From: a bacterium
Lineage (GTDB): Bacteria; Babelota; Babeliae; Babelales; UASB340
Reading direction: 5' to 3'
Length of the DNA: 64,000 nucleotides
Assembly: GCA_030629005.1 (NCBI GenBank)
Contig: DAOVPV010000001.1
Location: 57,427-121,426, forward strand
This document shows, one piece after another, positions 1-8,415 of the stretch. The notes under the pieces were generated by a model. That model was given only the letters and a program-made list of their open reading frames with translations, made no database searches and was not told the DNA's origin. Numbering within the stretch: the stretch's first letter is position 1; every line of letters starts with the position of its first letter. The position numbers were made by a program, and so were the translations under genes.

Positions 1-72
1 AGAGATATAAGAAAGGATCGATGTACTTAAAATAACAAAAAAAATACCCAACAAAAAAACTATTGCGCTCAT
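1..72 (-). CDS. partial CDS, N-terminus of an unidentified membrane protein (continues beyond window start)
   Basis: minus-strand ATG at 72..70 opens hydrophobic frame MSAIVFLLGIFFVILSTSILSYIS, still open at position 1. Confidence 0.3.
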   Translation of the reverse strand, partial: MSAIVFLLGIFFVILSTSILSYIS

Positions 73-223
73 TTAAACTTTCTTTCGTCATAAAAAACCA
101 TATTTTCAATTAAAAATAACAGTTTTTATGCTTTTTAAAAGTTTTTTGTTGATTTACAGTTGGGAATAATTTACTATTTGTAATAGGGATATGTTTGTAT
201 AAGTAATAAAAAACCGGTGAAAT

Positions 224-760
224 ATGTTTTTTTTAAAAAATAAAGACAAAATTATTAACCTAATGTCAATAACAATTGTTGTTATTGGCATTTCATTTTA
301 TTTTTTAAAAAAAAATCATTATAAGAACAAAATAAAAAAAGAAAGAATAGAGCATACAGCACAAATTAAACAAACCCAACAAATGCCACCAATTAAATTT
401 TCTAGCAAATTAAAAAGCCATAAAGCTTCTTATGACTATGAAAATTTAATCAATCTTATGGACGCCTGCAGAAAACTTAAACGTGAATTCTATTCTAATT
501 TCAATGAATTTACAAATAAAAAAAGCAATATAAAGACTCTAAAGAAGACATTAAAAAATTTAAAAATAGAACGGTCAATATTCAAGAGATATTTAAAAGA
601 TATTAACCTTTATAAGCAACGAAGAGAGCCAAACAGATTCAAAACATCACTTAGATATTATTTTAGAGTTCTAGACGAAGAAATTGGTGATTTTAAAAAA
701 ATGCTATCAAGATTTAACCTAAGCAAACTACATATAGAATCTGATGTTTCTTACACCTAA
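224..760 (+). CDS. hypothetical N-terminally membrane-anchored Lys/Asn-rich protein
   Basis: 178-aa ORF with one hydrophobic helix (SITIVVIGISFYF) then a helical K-rich region; segment SYDYENLINLMDACRKL resembles TFENYPELYEAMKKAY of ORF 10860..11432. Confidence 0.4.
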   Translation: MFFLKNKDKIINLMSITIVVIGISFYFLKKNHYKNKIKKERIEHTAQIKQTQQMPPIKFSSKLKSHKASYDYENLINLMDACRKLKREFYSNFNEFTNKKSNIKTLKKTLKNLKIERSIFKRYLKDINLYKQRREPNRFKTSLRYYFRVLDEEIGDFKKMLSRFNLSKLHIESDVSYT

Positions 761-768
761 TACAAAAC

Positions 769-1716
769 TTAAGAAATATTTCGTTTAAAAAATTTATCAA
801 TCTTTTTTTTGAAAGTTATTGGAAACTCTTTATGAGCCCTAGCATGAACACAAGGTGGAGTTATCCATATTTTTGATTTTTTAGATAAGACTCTTGTGTA
901 CATATTTACACTATCGTTAACATCTACAATAACATCGTTACATGAATGTATAAAAAAAATAGGTTGTTTTATTTTATCTATACCATCTATAATTGATACA
1001 TCATTCATACTACAATCTGCAACATAATTTGCCATTCTAATCAAAACAGGCGCAAACGGATATGCTGGAAGTCTAGATTTTTTCTTTAAAGCTCCATAGA
1101 TAACCTTATTAAGATCTGCAAAAGCAGCTTCAACCACAAGTCCATCACATAAATTAGAATCTCTTTTTAGCGCATCAATCGCCACGGCACCACCCATTGA
1201 TATACCAAGAACAAAAGTAGGCAAAGATTTAGAATAACAACCTTTTTGTTTAGTATTTCCCTTTAAAAAATCAACCGCTGCAAACAAATCCTTATACTCA
1301 TGACAGCCTAATGTTCTAAAACGCCCTCCACTCTTACCATGAGCCCTAAAATCAAATAATAATAAATTATAGTCAGTAAACAAATCTATTAGATCTCTCG
1401 CTTTTTCTTTACAACTTTGATAACCATGAGCAATAACAATATTACCAATAGCACCTCGCCTTTTTACAAGATAACCAGATAAGCGAATTCCATCTTTAGA
1501 ACTGAAAACAACAGACGTCAGGTCTGATCTTTTTAAAAGTTCACTTCTAACTTCTGCAGCAAAAACAGACAGCCTTTTCCCATCTTTTAATATTACATCA
1601 TAAGGCAAAGCCAATTTTTTAAATGCAAAGAAAGATATTATCAGTATTGATAATATGACAACAGGAAAAACAATATACAAAATAAATTTAAAAAAACCGT
1701 TCGAATGCCTTCTCAC
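769..1716 (-). CDS. membrane-anchored alpha/beta-fold hydrolase
   Basis: N-terminal TM helix; HG-type motif IAHGYQS; nucleophile elbow GISMGG; 4-nt overlap with the downstream HIT gene. Confidence 0.8.
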   Translation of the reverse strand: MRRHSNGFFKFILYIVFPVVILSILIISFFAFKKLALPYDVILKDGKRLSVFAAEVRSELLKRSDLTSVVFSSKDGIRLSGYLVKRRGAIGNIVIAHGYQSCKEKARDLIDLFTDYNLLLFDFRAHGKSGGRFRTLGCHEYKDLFAAVDFLKGNTKQKGCYSKSLPTFVLGISMGGAVAIDALKRDSNLCDGLVVEAAFADLNKVIYGALKKKSRLPAYPFAPVLIRMANYVADCSMNDVSIIDGIDKIKQPIFFIHSCNDVIVDVNDSVNMYTRVLSKKSKIWITPPCVHARAHKEFPITFKKKIDKFFKRNIS

Positions 1717-2084
1717 AATTTTAAACCACCCTTATATAAATCTTTACCAGCAAGAAAGTGCCAATGTAAATGAAAAACAGATTGCCCTGCCGCAGCGCCA
1801 TTATTTGAGATTAAATTAAAAGCGACAGGCTCAGTCAAATTGCTCTCTTGCCTAATCTTTTTAGAAAGATCTCTTGCAACGGCAACCATGTCCGCGATAA
1901 TTCCCAAATCATCATCACCAATAAAATTTATATTTTCAACATGCTTTTTAGAAAGAATTAAGTAATGATAAGGAGCCTTTGGATGGAGATCCTCTATAAC
2001 CAAAACTCTTTCTGTTTCGTATATAATGTTACTCGGAATCTCTTTATTGATTATTTTACAAAAAATACAATTCTGTTCGAACAC
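1713..2084 (-). CDS. HIT (histidine triad) family nucleotide hydrolase/transferase
   Basis: CIFCKII N-terminal motif and histidine triad HLHWHFL near the C-terminus. Confidence 0.9.
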   Translation of the reverse strand: MFEQNCIFCKIINKEIPSNIIYETERVLVIEDLHPKAPYHYLILSKKHVENINFIGDDDLGIIADMVAVARDLSKKIRQESNLTEPVAFNLISNNGAAAGQSVFHLHWHFLAGKDLYKGGLKL

Positions 2085-2110
2085 TCTTCTTCCCTAAAAA
2101 TATAAAAAGT

Positions 2111-2150
2111 CACCTGGCCGTGCCAGCCATAGCTGCTTTGCAGCGACGGC
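2111..2150. repeat. GC-rich trailer directly 3' of tRNA-Leu
   Basis: minus-strand reading after CCA: GCCGTCGCTGCAAAGCAGCTATGGCTGGCACGGCCAGGTG; sharp GC island in AT-rich DNA. Confidence 0.6.
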
Positions 2151-2237
2151 TGGTGCCGAAGGTCGGACTCGAACCGACACAGTGTCACCACTACGAGATT
2201 TTGAGTCTCGCGCGTCTACCAATTTCGCCACTTCGGC
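2151..2237 (-). tRNA. tRNA-Leu (anticodon CAA), CCA encoded
   Basis: reverse complement GCCGAAGTGGCGAAATTGGTAGACGCGCGAGACTCAAAATCTCG..GGTTCGAGTCCGACCTTCGGCACCA; long variable arm; anticodon loop CTCAAAA. Confidence 0.92.
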
Positions 2238-2320
2238 AATAAAAAACTATCGCAAGAATATGCTTTAATCTAACAAAACAGATATTATCGTCAAGAAAAT
2301 TATGGCCCAAATTTCATTAG

Positions 2321-3529
2321 CTATGTTAACATAGCCATATCAAATATAGGCAAATATATTGATAGCAACAGCAAAGAAATAATCAAACCAACAAAAATTA
2401 ATAATATCGGCTGAAATATTACCGTCAAAAGATTCAATTTCTGCCACAATAAACGAGAACAATATTGAGCAGAATTGTTTAACATTAAAGTCAAATTCCC
2501 AGATTTTTCGCCTACACCAACAAAAGCAATAATATCATCTGGAATAGATAAATTGCTCCCTTTCTGTAATGCATACTGCAAGCAAGCTCCACCAATCACA
2601 TCATTTTTAACTTTATACATGTTTTTTTTAATATATATATTATCTATTGTCTCTACAGAAATATCTAAGGCTCTCTTTAAATCAACTCCAGAATCTAAAA
2701 CAATAGCTAAAGACTCGAAAAACCTGGCTAAGTTATAATTGATAAAAATTTTATTTATAAAATAGGTTTTAAAAAACAACCAATCTATGATTTTTTTCAC
2801 CGCCGGCAGCTTAAGTAAAAACCGAATCAACAATAAAAATAAAAGAAATACAATAAAAATAAAAAAACTATACTCTGATCTTAATAACTTACTTATCTTA
2901 AAAACAAATACTGTCGCCTCCGGAAGCTCTTTATCAAAAGAAGTAAAAATAGATTCAAATTGCGGTATAACAAATACAAAAATACCCAGAATCAAAAAAA
3001 ATGAAAAAATAAGAGTCAAAACAGGTAACAACGCTGCGCTCTTTAATTTTTTAATCAACTCACACTTCTTTGTTAAATTATCAAAAATATTTTTAAATGA
3101 ATTTGCCAGTCCTCCAGAGTTTTCTGCAGCAGCAATCATGCTAACTTCTGCCATTGTAAAAACCCCCAAATATTTTTTTAAAGCAACAGAAAAACTATAA
3201 CCCGCCTTTAAATCCTCTATCAAATTTAAAACAACATTCTTAAAATTTTTATGTTTAATTTGCTTTAAAACAAGAGTCAGTGAATCAGCAAGCGGTAATC
3301 CGCTAGACAACAGGATATGTAAATATTCAAAAAAATAAACTTTTTCTTCTCGCTTTATTTTACCTGTAAAAAAATATGAAAAATCAAACCTCTTCTTAGT
3401 ATCCAATAAAGCAATACCTTTTTTTAGTAATCTTTCAGCAAGCAATCGCTCATCCTCAACCTGCTCACAACCACTAACCTCTCGACCATATACATCAATG
3501 CCCCGCCAAAAGAAATTCTTCATAAACAC
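2321..3529 (-). CDS. pilC: type IV pilus / type II secretion platform protein (PilC/GspF family)
   Basis: 402 aa; duplicated T2SS-F type organisation with 3 TM blocks; N-terminus FFWRGIDVYGREVSG..LLKKGIALLD typical of PilC. Confidence 0.85.
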   Translation of the reverse strand: MFMKNFFWRGIDVYGREVSGCEQVEDERLLAERLLKKGIALLDTKKRFDFSYFFTGKIKREEKVYFFEYLHILLSSGLPLADSLTLVLKQIKHKNFKNVVLNLIEDLKAGYSFSVALKKYLGVFTMAEVSMIAAAENSGGLANSFKNIFDNLTKKCELIKKLKSAALLPVLTLIFSFFLILGIFVFVIPQFESIFTSFDKELPEATVFVFKISKLLRSEYSFFIFIVFLLFLLLIRFLLKLPAVKKIIDWLFFKTYFINKIFINYNLARFFESLAIVLDSGVDLKRALDISVETIDNIYIKKNMYKVKNDVIGGACLQYALQKGSNLSIPDDIIAFVGVGEKSGNLTLMLNNSAQYCSRLLWQKLNLLTVIFQPILLIFVGLIISLLLLSIYLPIFDMAMLT

Positions 3530-3549
3530 AATCTCCCACCAAAAGAACT

Positions 3550-3819
3550 TTATTCTTTTAGGCCTAATTTTTTCAACAAGCTTTCATAATCCATATCATT
3601 TACATCTATTTTTATTTTTTTCTTTCTAAAAGTCCGACCAGATATTATACCTATTCGATCATTAGATATTCCAAGTTTTTTTGATAAAAGCTTTATAAGC
3701 TCAGCATTTGCCTTTCCCCGCTCTGGAACACTTTTAAGGTAACACTTTAAAATACCGGATTCTTCTAATACAAATCCCTGTCTACCCGCAGCTGTAATTA
3801 CGCTAATCTCAATAATCAA
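3550..3819 (-). CDS. DUF167 (YggU) family protein
   Basis: 89 aa; motif ERGKANAELIKLLSKKLGISNDRIGIISGRTFRKKKIKI matches the YggU pattern GKAN..L...L......I.I.SG..SR.K. Confidence 0.75.
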   Translation of the reverse strand: MIIEISVITAAGRQGFVLEESGILKCYLKSVPERGKANAELIKLLSKKLGISNDRIGIISGRTFRKKKIKIDVNDMDYESLLKKLGLKE

Positions 3820-3933
3820 AACAAACTCCCTATCATAAAAAATTATTTGCTAATCTTGATTGCCATATAATATATAATTTTTTATAATAGCAAATGAATA
3901 TTTTTACATTATTTGAAATTTTGTATTACTTTC

Positions 3934-4010
3934 GCGCCCATAGCTCAATTGGATAGAGTACCAGACTACGAATCTGGCGGTTAGAGGTTCGACTCCTCTT
4001 GGGCGCACCA
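3934..4010 (+). tRNA. tRNA-Arg (anticodon ACG), CCA encoded
   Basis: GCGCCCATAGCTCAATTGGATAGAGTACCAGACTACGAATCTGG..GGTTCGACTCCTCTTGGGCGCACCA; loop CTACGAA. Confidence 0.93.
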
Positions 4011-4047
4011 GTCTTCGCTCCTTCGGAGCTTCGCCTGGCTCGGCCAT
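4011..4047. repeat. GC-rich trailer directly 3' of tRNA-Arg
   Basis: GTCTTCGCTCCTTCGGAGCTTCGCCTGGCTCGGCCATC; shares module CGCTCCTTyGGAGCTTC with 4685-4702. Confidence 0.6.
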
Positions 4048-4094
4048 CTACACATTATAGGTCCAATGGTAACAAAAAATTAAAACGACATTTT

Positions 4095-4124
4095 GTCATC
4101 CTGAATTTATTTCAGGATCCAGTC
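4095..4124 (+). repeat. about 30-bp palindromic repeat (GTCATCCTGAAyTTrTTTCAGGATCCAGTC family)
   Basis: gtcatcctgaatttatttcaggatccagtc; internal hairpin ATCCTGAA/TTCAGGAT; other copies listed separately. Confidence 0.8.
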
Positions 4125-4174
4125 GTAAAAAAATAGACAAATTTAATTGAAATTTATAAATTTATTTAGTATTC

Positions 4175-4266
4175 GGAGAGATGGCTGAGTGGTCGAAAGC
4201 GCTTGCCTGCTAAGCAAGTATCTTGGGAAACCGGGATCGAGGGTTCGAATCCCTCTCTCTCCACCA
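4175..4266 (+). tRNA. tRNA-Ser (anticodon GCU), CCA encoded
   Basis: GGAGAGATGGCTGAGTGGTCGAAAGCGCTTGCCTGCTAAGCAAG..long variable arm..GGTTCGAATCCCTCTCTCTCCACCA. Confidence 0.92.
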
Positions 4267-4360
4267 CCCTACGCTCTTCGCCTTCGGCTTGTAGCTTCCA
4301 GCCTACGCCCAAGTGGCTACGGCGGACAAGACGGGTGACAGGCCAGTCTACGCCGCTTGG
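4267..4360. repeat. GC-rich mosaic trailer directly 3' of tRNA-Ser(GCU)
   Basis: modules CTACGCTCTTCGCCTTCGGCTTGTAG (4269-4294), CCTACGCCCAAGTGGCTACGGCGGACAAG (4302-4330) and GGGTGACAGGCCAGT (4333-4347), all repeated after the next tRNA-Ser. Confidence 0.7.
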
Positions 4361-4407
4361 AACAAACTACATATGGCACAGCTAGCTTTTTAAAGTTTTT
4401 TAATAAC

Positions 4408-4484
4408 TAGATCCTGAAACGAGTTCAGGATGACAGATTGGCATTGCTTTTTTTGTCATCCTGAATTTATTTCAGAATCCAGTC
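4408..4484. repeat. inverted pair of the 30-bp palindromic repeat
   Basis: reverse copy tagatcctgaaacgagttcaggatgac (4408-4433), 21-nt spacer, forward copy gtcatcctgaatttatttcagaatccagtc (4455-4484). Confidence 0.8.
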
Positions 4485-4543
4485 ATAAAAAAACTCCAAA
4501 TAAAGCACTGAAAAAAAATACCGTAACTAAATAAAATCAAATT

Positions 4544-4635
4544 GGAGAGGTGGCAGAGTGGTTGAATGCGACGGTCTTGAAAACCGTTATTCCTGGAAAC
4601 AGGAATCGGGGGTTCGAATCCCTCCCTCTCCACCA
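4544..4635 (+). tRNA. tRNA-Ser (anticodon UGA), CCA encoded
   Basis: GGAGAGGTGGCAGAGTGGTTGAATGCGACGGTCTTGAAAACCGT..long variable arm..GGTTCGAATCCCTCCCTCTCCACCA. Confidence 0.92.
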
Positions 4636-4773
4636 GTCTACGCTCTTCGCCTTCGGCTTGTAGTTTCGGGTGACAGGCCAGTTTACGCTCCTTTGGAGCT
4701 TCCAGCCTACGCCCAAATGGCTACGGCGGACAAGACGTCTGGCATGGCCATCTTTCGCCGCTCGACTTCGCCA
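4636..4773. repeat. GC-rich mosaic trailer directly 3' of tRNA-Ser(UGA)
   Basis: same modules as 4267-4360 in a different order (4638-4663, 4668-4682, 4685-4702, 4706-4734), plus a further GC-rich tail. Confidence 0.7.
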
Positions 4774-4922
4774 ACTTTTAGAACCCAATCCTCTAAAATA
4801 TTCTAAGTCTCAACTAGAAAAATAATCTTTATTCCTTAAATCTAGAAATAAATATTACTTATTTGTTAGCATAACGATTGTATAAATAAAATTACTTTTG
4901 ATATTCAGAAAAGGGAGAAAGT

Positions 4923-5459
4923 ATGAAAAAAAAATCAAACATTTTTTATCTGTGCTTTTTAATAACAATCGTTATATTCTGCGCAAACTTTACAGATGGA
5001 GCCAAAAAGGAAACGGAAACGCTAACTCCTGAATTTGTATCACTTCTAGAAGGAGAGGGTATTTTAACAGGAACAATATATGACGACAAAAATATAATTC
5101 CAGTAAAGGAGCTATCGTTTACAGGACATAGCAGAATAGGTGGCATAAGAAGAAACAGCGATGATTCTGTAAGCGTTCTAGATTTAACAAAAATAAAAGA
5201 ATTAAAAATATTAAAAGGCATATATGTTTCTCCTAGATATCAAGATAAAGAATATATCCTTGCACAAGTAACATCTGCAAATGGTGCAATTACAAAAGAC
5301 TTACTCATACCAAGAGATTTAGTTATTTGTGGAATCGCAACAGAAACTGAAATGGAAAAGGCTTGGTTTCTCAAAAAAACATCTCGAGTAGAAGTTAATA
5401 TAGAAAAAAATATACCAGTCATTGAAGCGCCAACTGTTATTTTAGAACAAACGAACTAA
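4923..5459 (+). CDS. hypothetical secreted protein
   Basis: 178 aa; N-terminal signal-like segment MKKKSNIFYLCFLITIVIFCANF; RBS GGGAGAAAGT before ATG; followed by a terminator. Confidence 0.5.
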   Translation: MKKKSNIFYLCFLITIVIFCANFTDGAKKETETLTPEFVSLLEGEGILTGTIYDDKNIIPVKELSFTGHSRIGGIRRNSDDSVSVLDLTKIKELKILKGIYVSPRYQDKEYILAQVTSANGAITKDLLIPRDLVICGIATETEMEKAWFLKKTSRVEVNIEKNIPVIEAPTVILEQTN

Positions 5460-5471
5460 AAACTACAAAAT

Positions 5472-5505
5472 AAAAAATGGCGAGAATTGATCTCGCCATT
5501 TTTTT
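5472..5505. terminator. bidirectional rho-independent terminator
   Basis: perfect 9-bp stem ATGGCGAGA/TCTCGCCAT with loop ATTGA, flanked by an A-run and a T-run; lies between convergent ORFs 4923..5459 and 5521..5655. Confidence 0.8.
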
Positions 5506-5520
5506 ATTGAAAAATATAAT

Positions 5521-5655
5521 TTAATTTGCAAACAATTGAGCTTCTAAATTATTAGATTCAACACCTTCAACTTCAACCTGCTGTTCAACATTTTCAGCCT
5601 TAAGGCCAAATCCTAATGTTAATAATAATAAAAATTTAGCAAAAATCTTTTTCAT
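5521..5655 (-). CDS. small secreted acidic peptide (44 aa; below the ORF-track size cutoff), last gene of the Hint operon
   Basis: AAGGA RBS 7 nt before ATG; MKKIFAKFLLLLTLGFGLKA signal-like segment then ENVEQQVEVEGVESNNLEAQLFAN; starts 11 nt after the stop of 5667..6290. Confidence 0.45.
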   Translation of the reverse strand: MKKIFAKFLLLLTLGFGLKAENVEQQVEVEGVESNNLEAQLFAN

Positions 5656-5666
5656 GCAATTATCCT

Positions 5667-6290
5667 TTATAAGCTAACTGTTTTAACGAATTTAAATCTT
5701 TTATTTCTAGAATATTTTTCAGCAAGTTGCATAACTCTAACAAAAACAAACAATCCTCTATTTCTAAAAAATCGCTCATTATCAAAGTGATATTCATTAT
5801 ACATAGCATCAAATGTAGGAACTAATTCTAACGGTACAAATTTCTTAAAATTATATTCTAAACCAGAATTCAAATCAGGATTATAATTAACCATAAAACA
5901 ATAAAAAAGTCTTTTTGCTACATTTTTATTTAAATAATGATTAGAAACCAAATAAATTATCATGGATAATAAAACCAAAACCGGAAATAGCTTAAGTATC
6001 TTTTTTCCATCAATTAAATCATCTCCGTTCATAGAACTCAAAATCATAAACTCTATGGGAAGAATAATAGGAATTAACGATACCACAAAAGAAATCCCCG
6101 TAAACCTTTCTCTTGCTTTATCAGAAGATTTTACAAAAACATCTTCCAAAAAATCCCATGGATAAGTTTCGTAATAAGAAATTTCTGCTTTAGTGTAATT
6201 TCTTACAACAAAAGAATTATTTGGTTTTATAACATTAAACGTTCCAAATAATAACAAAATAAAAATTATAGTTTTAAATTTAGTATTCAT
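5667..6290 (-). CDS. hypothetical membrane protein (signal peptide plus 2 TM), paralogous to 11493..12257
   Basis: shared C-terminal motif NYNPDLN..FVPLELVPTFDAMYNEY versus KYNPEIN..LVPEELHETFDDMYQDY. Confidence 0.5.
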   Translation of the reverse strand: MNTKFKTIIFILLLFGTFNVIKPNNSFVVRNYTKAEISYYETYPWDFLEDVFVKSSDKARERFTGISFVVSLIPIILPIEFMILSSMNGDDLIDGKKILKLFPVLVLLSMIIYLVSNHYLNKNVAKRLFYCFMVNYNPDLNSGLEYNFKKFVPLELVPTFDAMYNEYHFDNERFFRNRGLFVFVRVMQLAEKYSRNKRFKFVKTVSL

Positions 6291-6315
6291 AAAAATTCTC
6301 AGATTAAAACATTTG

Positions 6316-6828
6316 TTATTTTATAAAATTTATCCTAACAGTCGGAGTCCACTGCTCTTCTTTTTTAAATAGCTCAACCATTGTATTGGCAAAATCAGAT
6401 ACCTTTATATCTAATTTATCAAACTCCTGATAATCAAATGTATTTAATGCATCTATATCAATAGAAGCGCCACTTACATTTTCATTAGCCAAAATTTCTT
6501 CAAAAAATTTCTGAACTCTTGTCATTCGTGAAAGCAAAGATTCACTTGTGTCTACTTCATATCCACAAACAGTCAAACTTATTCCATCTCCTAAAAACAA
6601 AGCCTCTGCATTTATGTCCATTGGATCATCCGTTAATTCAAAAAGAACCTCATTTTCATTTAAATTCTGCAATATTTCAGAAAAGTTTTTAGCTATATTA
6701 CCACCAAAGTTTGTTCCTATTTTATACTTTACCCCTAATCCTGTAATATTAAATGATAAATCTATTTTTCTATCTAACTCTATAAAATCGCGTTTCAGAA
6801 TTATCTTAACTAAAATTGCTGTACTCAT
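6316..6828 (-). CDS. hypothetical cytoplasmic protein, tandem paralogue 2 (immunity-like candidate)
   Basis: 170 aa, no signal peptide; full-length similarity to 6825..7349 with a near-identical C-terminal region DIDALNTFD.QEFDKLDIKVSDFANTMVELFKK..QWTPTVRINFIK. Confidence 0.55.
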   Translation of the reverse strand: MSTAILVKIILKRDFIELDRKIDLSFNITGLGVKYKIGTNFGGNIAKNFSEILQNLNENEVLFELTDDPMDINAEALFLGDGISLTVCGYEVDTSESLLSRMTRVQKFFEEILANENVSGASIDIDALNTFDYQEFDKLDIKVSDFANTMVELFKKEEQWTPTVRINFIK

Positions 6829-7349
6829 TTTATAAAATTAATCCTAACTGTCGGAGTCCACTGATCATGTTTTTTAAATAACTCAACCATTGTATTGGCA
6901 AAATCAGACACCTTTATATCCAATTTATCAAACTCCTGACCGTCAAATGTATTTAATGCATCTATATCAACAGAAATACCTTTTACATTTTCATTGCCTA
7001 AAAGCTCTTTAAAAAAACACTGCAACCGAGTCATTCTTGAAAATAATGATTCACTTGTATCTATCTTAGACCCAAAAAGAGTCAATGTGATTCCATCACC
7101 TAAAAATAAAATATCTGCATCTGCACTTACTGGACTATCTAATAATTCTATAATTATTTCATTCTGTTGTGCGTCCTTAAGCAAATTATAAAATTTTGGC
7201 GACATATTTGAACCAATATCAAGCCCTAATTTATATTTTAAACCTAAAGAAACCAACCTGAAAGAAAAATCCATTTTTGTTGGGATATTACTTAAATTAT
7301 CTGTGCAATCTATTCTTACTAAAGATTTAATACTCATATTTAAAACCAA
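6825..7349 (-). CDS. hypothetical cytoplasmic protein, tandem paralogue 1 (immunity-like candidate)
   Basis: 174 aa; overlaps the next gene by 4 nt; begins 16 nt after the Hint-protein gene 7366..8412. Confidence 0.55.
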   Translation of the reverse strand: MVLNMSIKSLVRIDCTDNLSNIPTKMDFSFRLVSLGLKYKLGLDIGSNMSPKFYNLLKDAQQNEIIIELLDSPVSADADILFLGDGITLTLFGSKIDTSESLFSRMTRLQCFFKELLGNENVKGISVDIDALNTFDGQEFDKLDIKVSDFANTMVELFKKHDQWTPTVRINFIK

Positions 7350-7365
7350 TTATTTTTAATTTTTA

Positions 7366-8412
7366 CTAATTTAACGGCGTTACCTTATCCTCTATTCGCT
7401 GCCCTTTTTCATTATACTTAAAAGTATGTACATGGCCCTTCTCACTTTTACCTTCTTTAATATGATGTGACCTATACTTGCCGTTTCCTGTATTAATATC
7501 TGCTCTTGTTGCAGGTTTCCCTTCAGAATTATAAACAGTTTTAGACTCAACTGTTGTTTTATCAGCATTATCTAGCTTATAATGCCCAGAATCTGGCTCT
7601 GAAGTCTTTGGAGCCTTTGATGTTCCACTTGTTATGTTACAAGAATCACCTTCGGTTGGTTTATCATCATCGTCGTCGTCATTAGGTCCTTTTCCACCAT
7701 TACCACCACCACTTTCATTTTCAAACAATGAGGGGAAACTATCTTCAATTCCAAACCCAGAAGTATCGACACCTTCTTTCTCTAATTTTTTCTTTACAAT
7801 ATCTGCTAATATTTTTCCTGCAAATACCGCAAGAGTTGTACCTCCAAGCCACTTTACCGCAACACCTCCTACTCCCCAAGAAATAGTAAATAAAGTTAAT
7901 GTAACAGGCTCATTATGAAATAATATATGATTTTCATCATCCATCAAAGCTAAAAATAAACATTTATCCTTTATAGCAATATCATATAGCTTTATTTTTT
8001 TATCGATTTTTTCTGTAAAAATATCTTCTATTACTAAATTACCCAATTCTGGCGAAAATATAACATCACCTTCTTTTAGTTCAGAAGCTCTTACAAACTT
8101 ACAAATTTTACGGTTGTAAATCCTTTGTTTTAGACCATAAATACAAACCCCAGCTTTTGTTTTTATTACAACTAACTTATTTGTCTTTTTTGTTTGTATT
8201 TTTTCTATTTCTTTAGCATCAATTTCTATAGTTTTATCTTTTATACTATAAATTCCAACTAAATCTCCAGCCTTTAAATCCTCAACCTTTTTATGCCCCC
8301 CATCTCCCATTAAAACCTTTGTCCCTGGAAGCATCGCAATTGAAAAATTAAAAGACAAAACAGAAAATAAAATTATAAAAATTATTGCTTTTATATTTTT
8401 TTGCACAAACAA
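7366..8412 (-). CDS. secreted Hint-domain protein with post-Hint glycine-zipper TM segment and orphan C-terminal domain
   Basis: signal peptide (26 aa); Hint blocks MLPGTKVLMGDGGHKKVEDLKAGDLV .. FVRASELKEGDVI .. HILFHN (nt 7912..8334); then WGVGGVAVKWLGGTTLAVFAG; G/D-rich linker; basic C-terminal region. Confidence 0.7.
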   Translation of the reverse strand: MFVQKNIKAIIFIILFSVLSFNFSIAMLPGTKVLMGDGGHKKVEDLKAGDLVGIYSIKDKTIEIDAKEIEKIQTKKTNKLVVIKTKAGVCIYGLKQRIYNRKICKFVRASELKEGDVIFSPELGNLVIEDIFTEKIDKKIKLYDIAIKDKCLFLALMDDENHILFHNEPVTLTLFTISWGVGGVAVKWLGGTTLAVFAGKILADIVKKKLEKEGVDTSGFGIEDSFPSLFENESGGGNGGKGPNDDDDDDKPTEGDSCNITSGTSKAPKTSEPDSGHYKLDNADKTTVESKTVYNSEGKPATRADINTGNGKYRSHHIKEGKSEKGHVHTFKYNEKGQRIEDKVTPLN

Positions 8413-8415
8413 TCC

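Noticed and set aside
2475-3200. ORFs 2475..2738 and 2787..3200 on the plus strand
   Set aside because: They lie entirely antisense to the well-supported pilC gene. Their low-complexity K/I/F/N composition is typical of shadow ORFs in AT-rich DNA.
4095-4484. Palindromic repeats as a CRISPR array
   Set aside because: The copies are few, occur in both orientations with irregular spacing, are interleaved with tRNA genes, and no cas genes are present.
4203-4806. ORFs 4203..4385, 4537..4788 and 4558..4806
   Set aside because: They are translations through the tRNA-Ser genes and their GC-rich trailers. The open frames are explained by the lack of stop codons in GC-rich repeat DNA.
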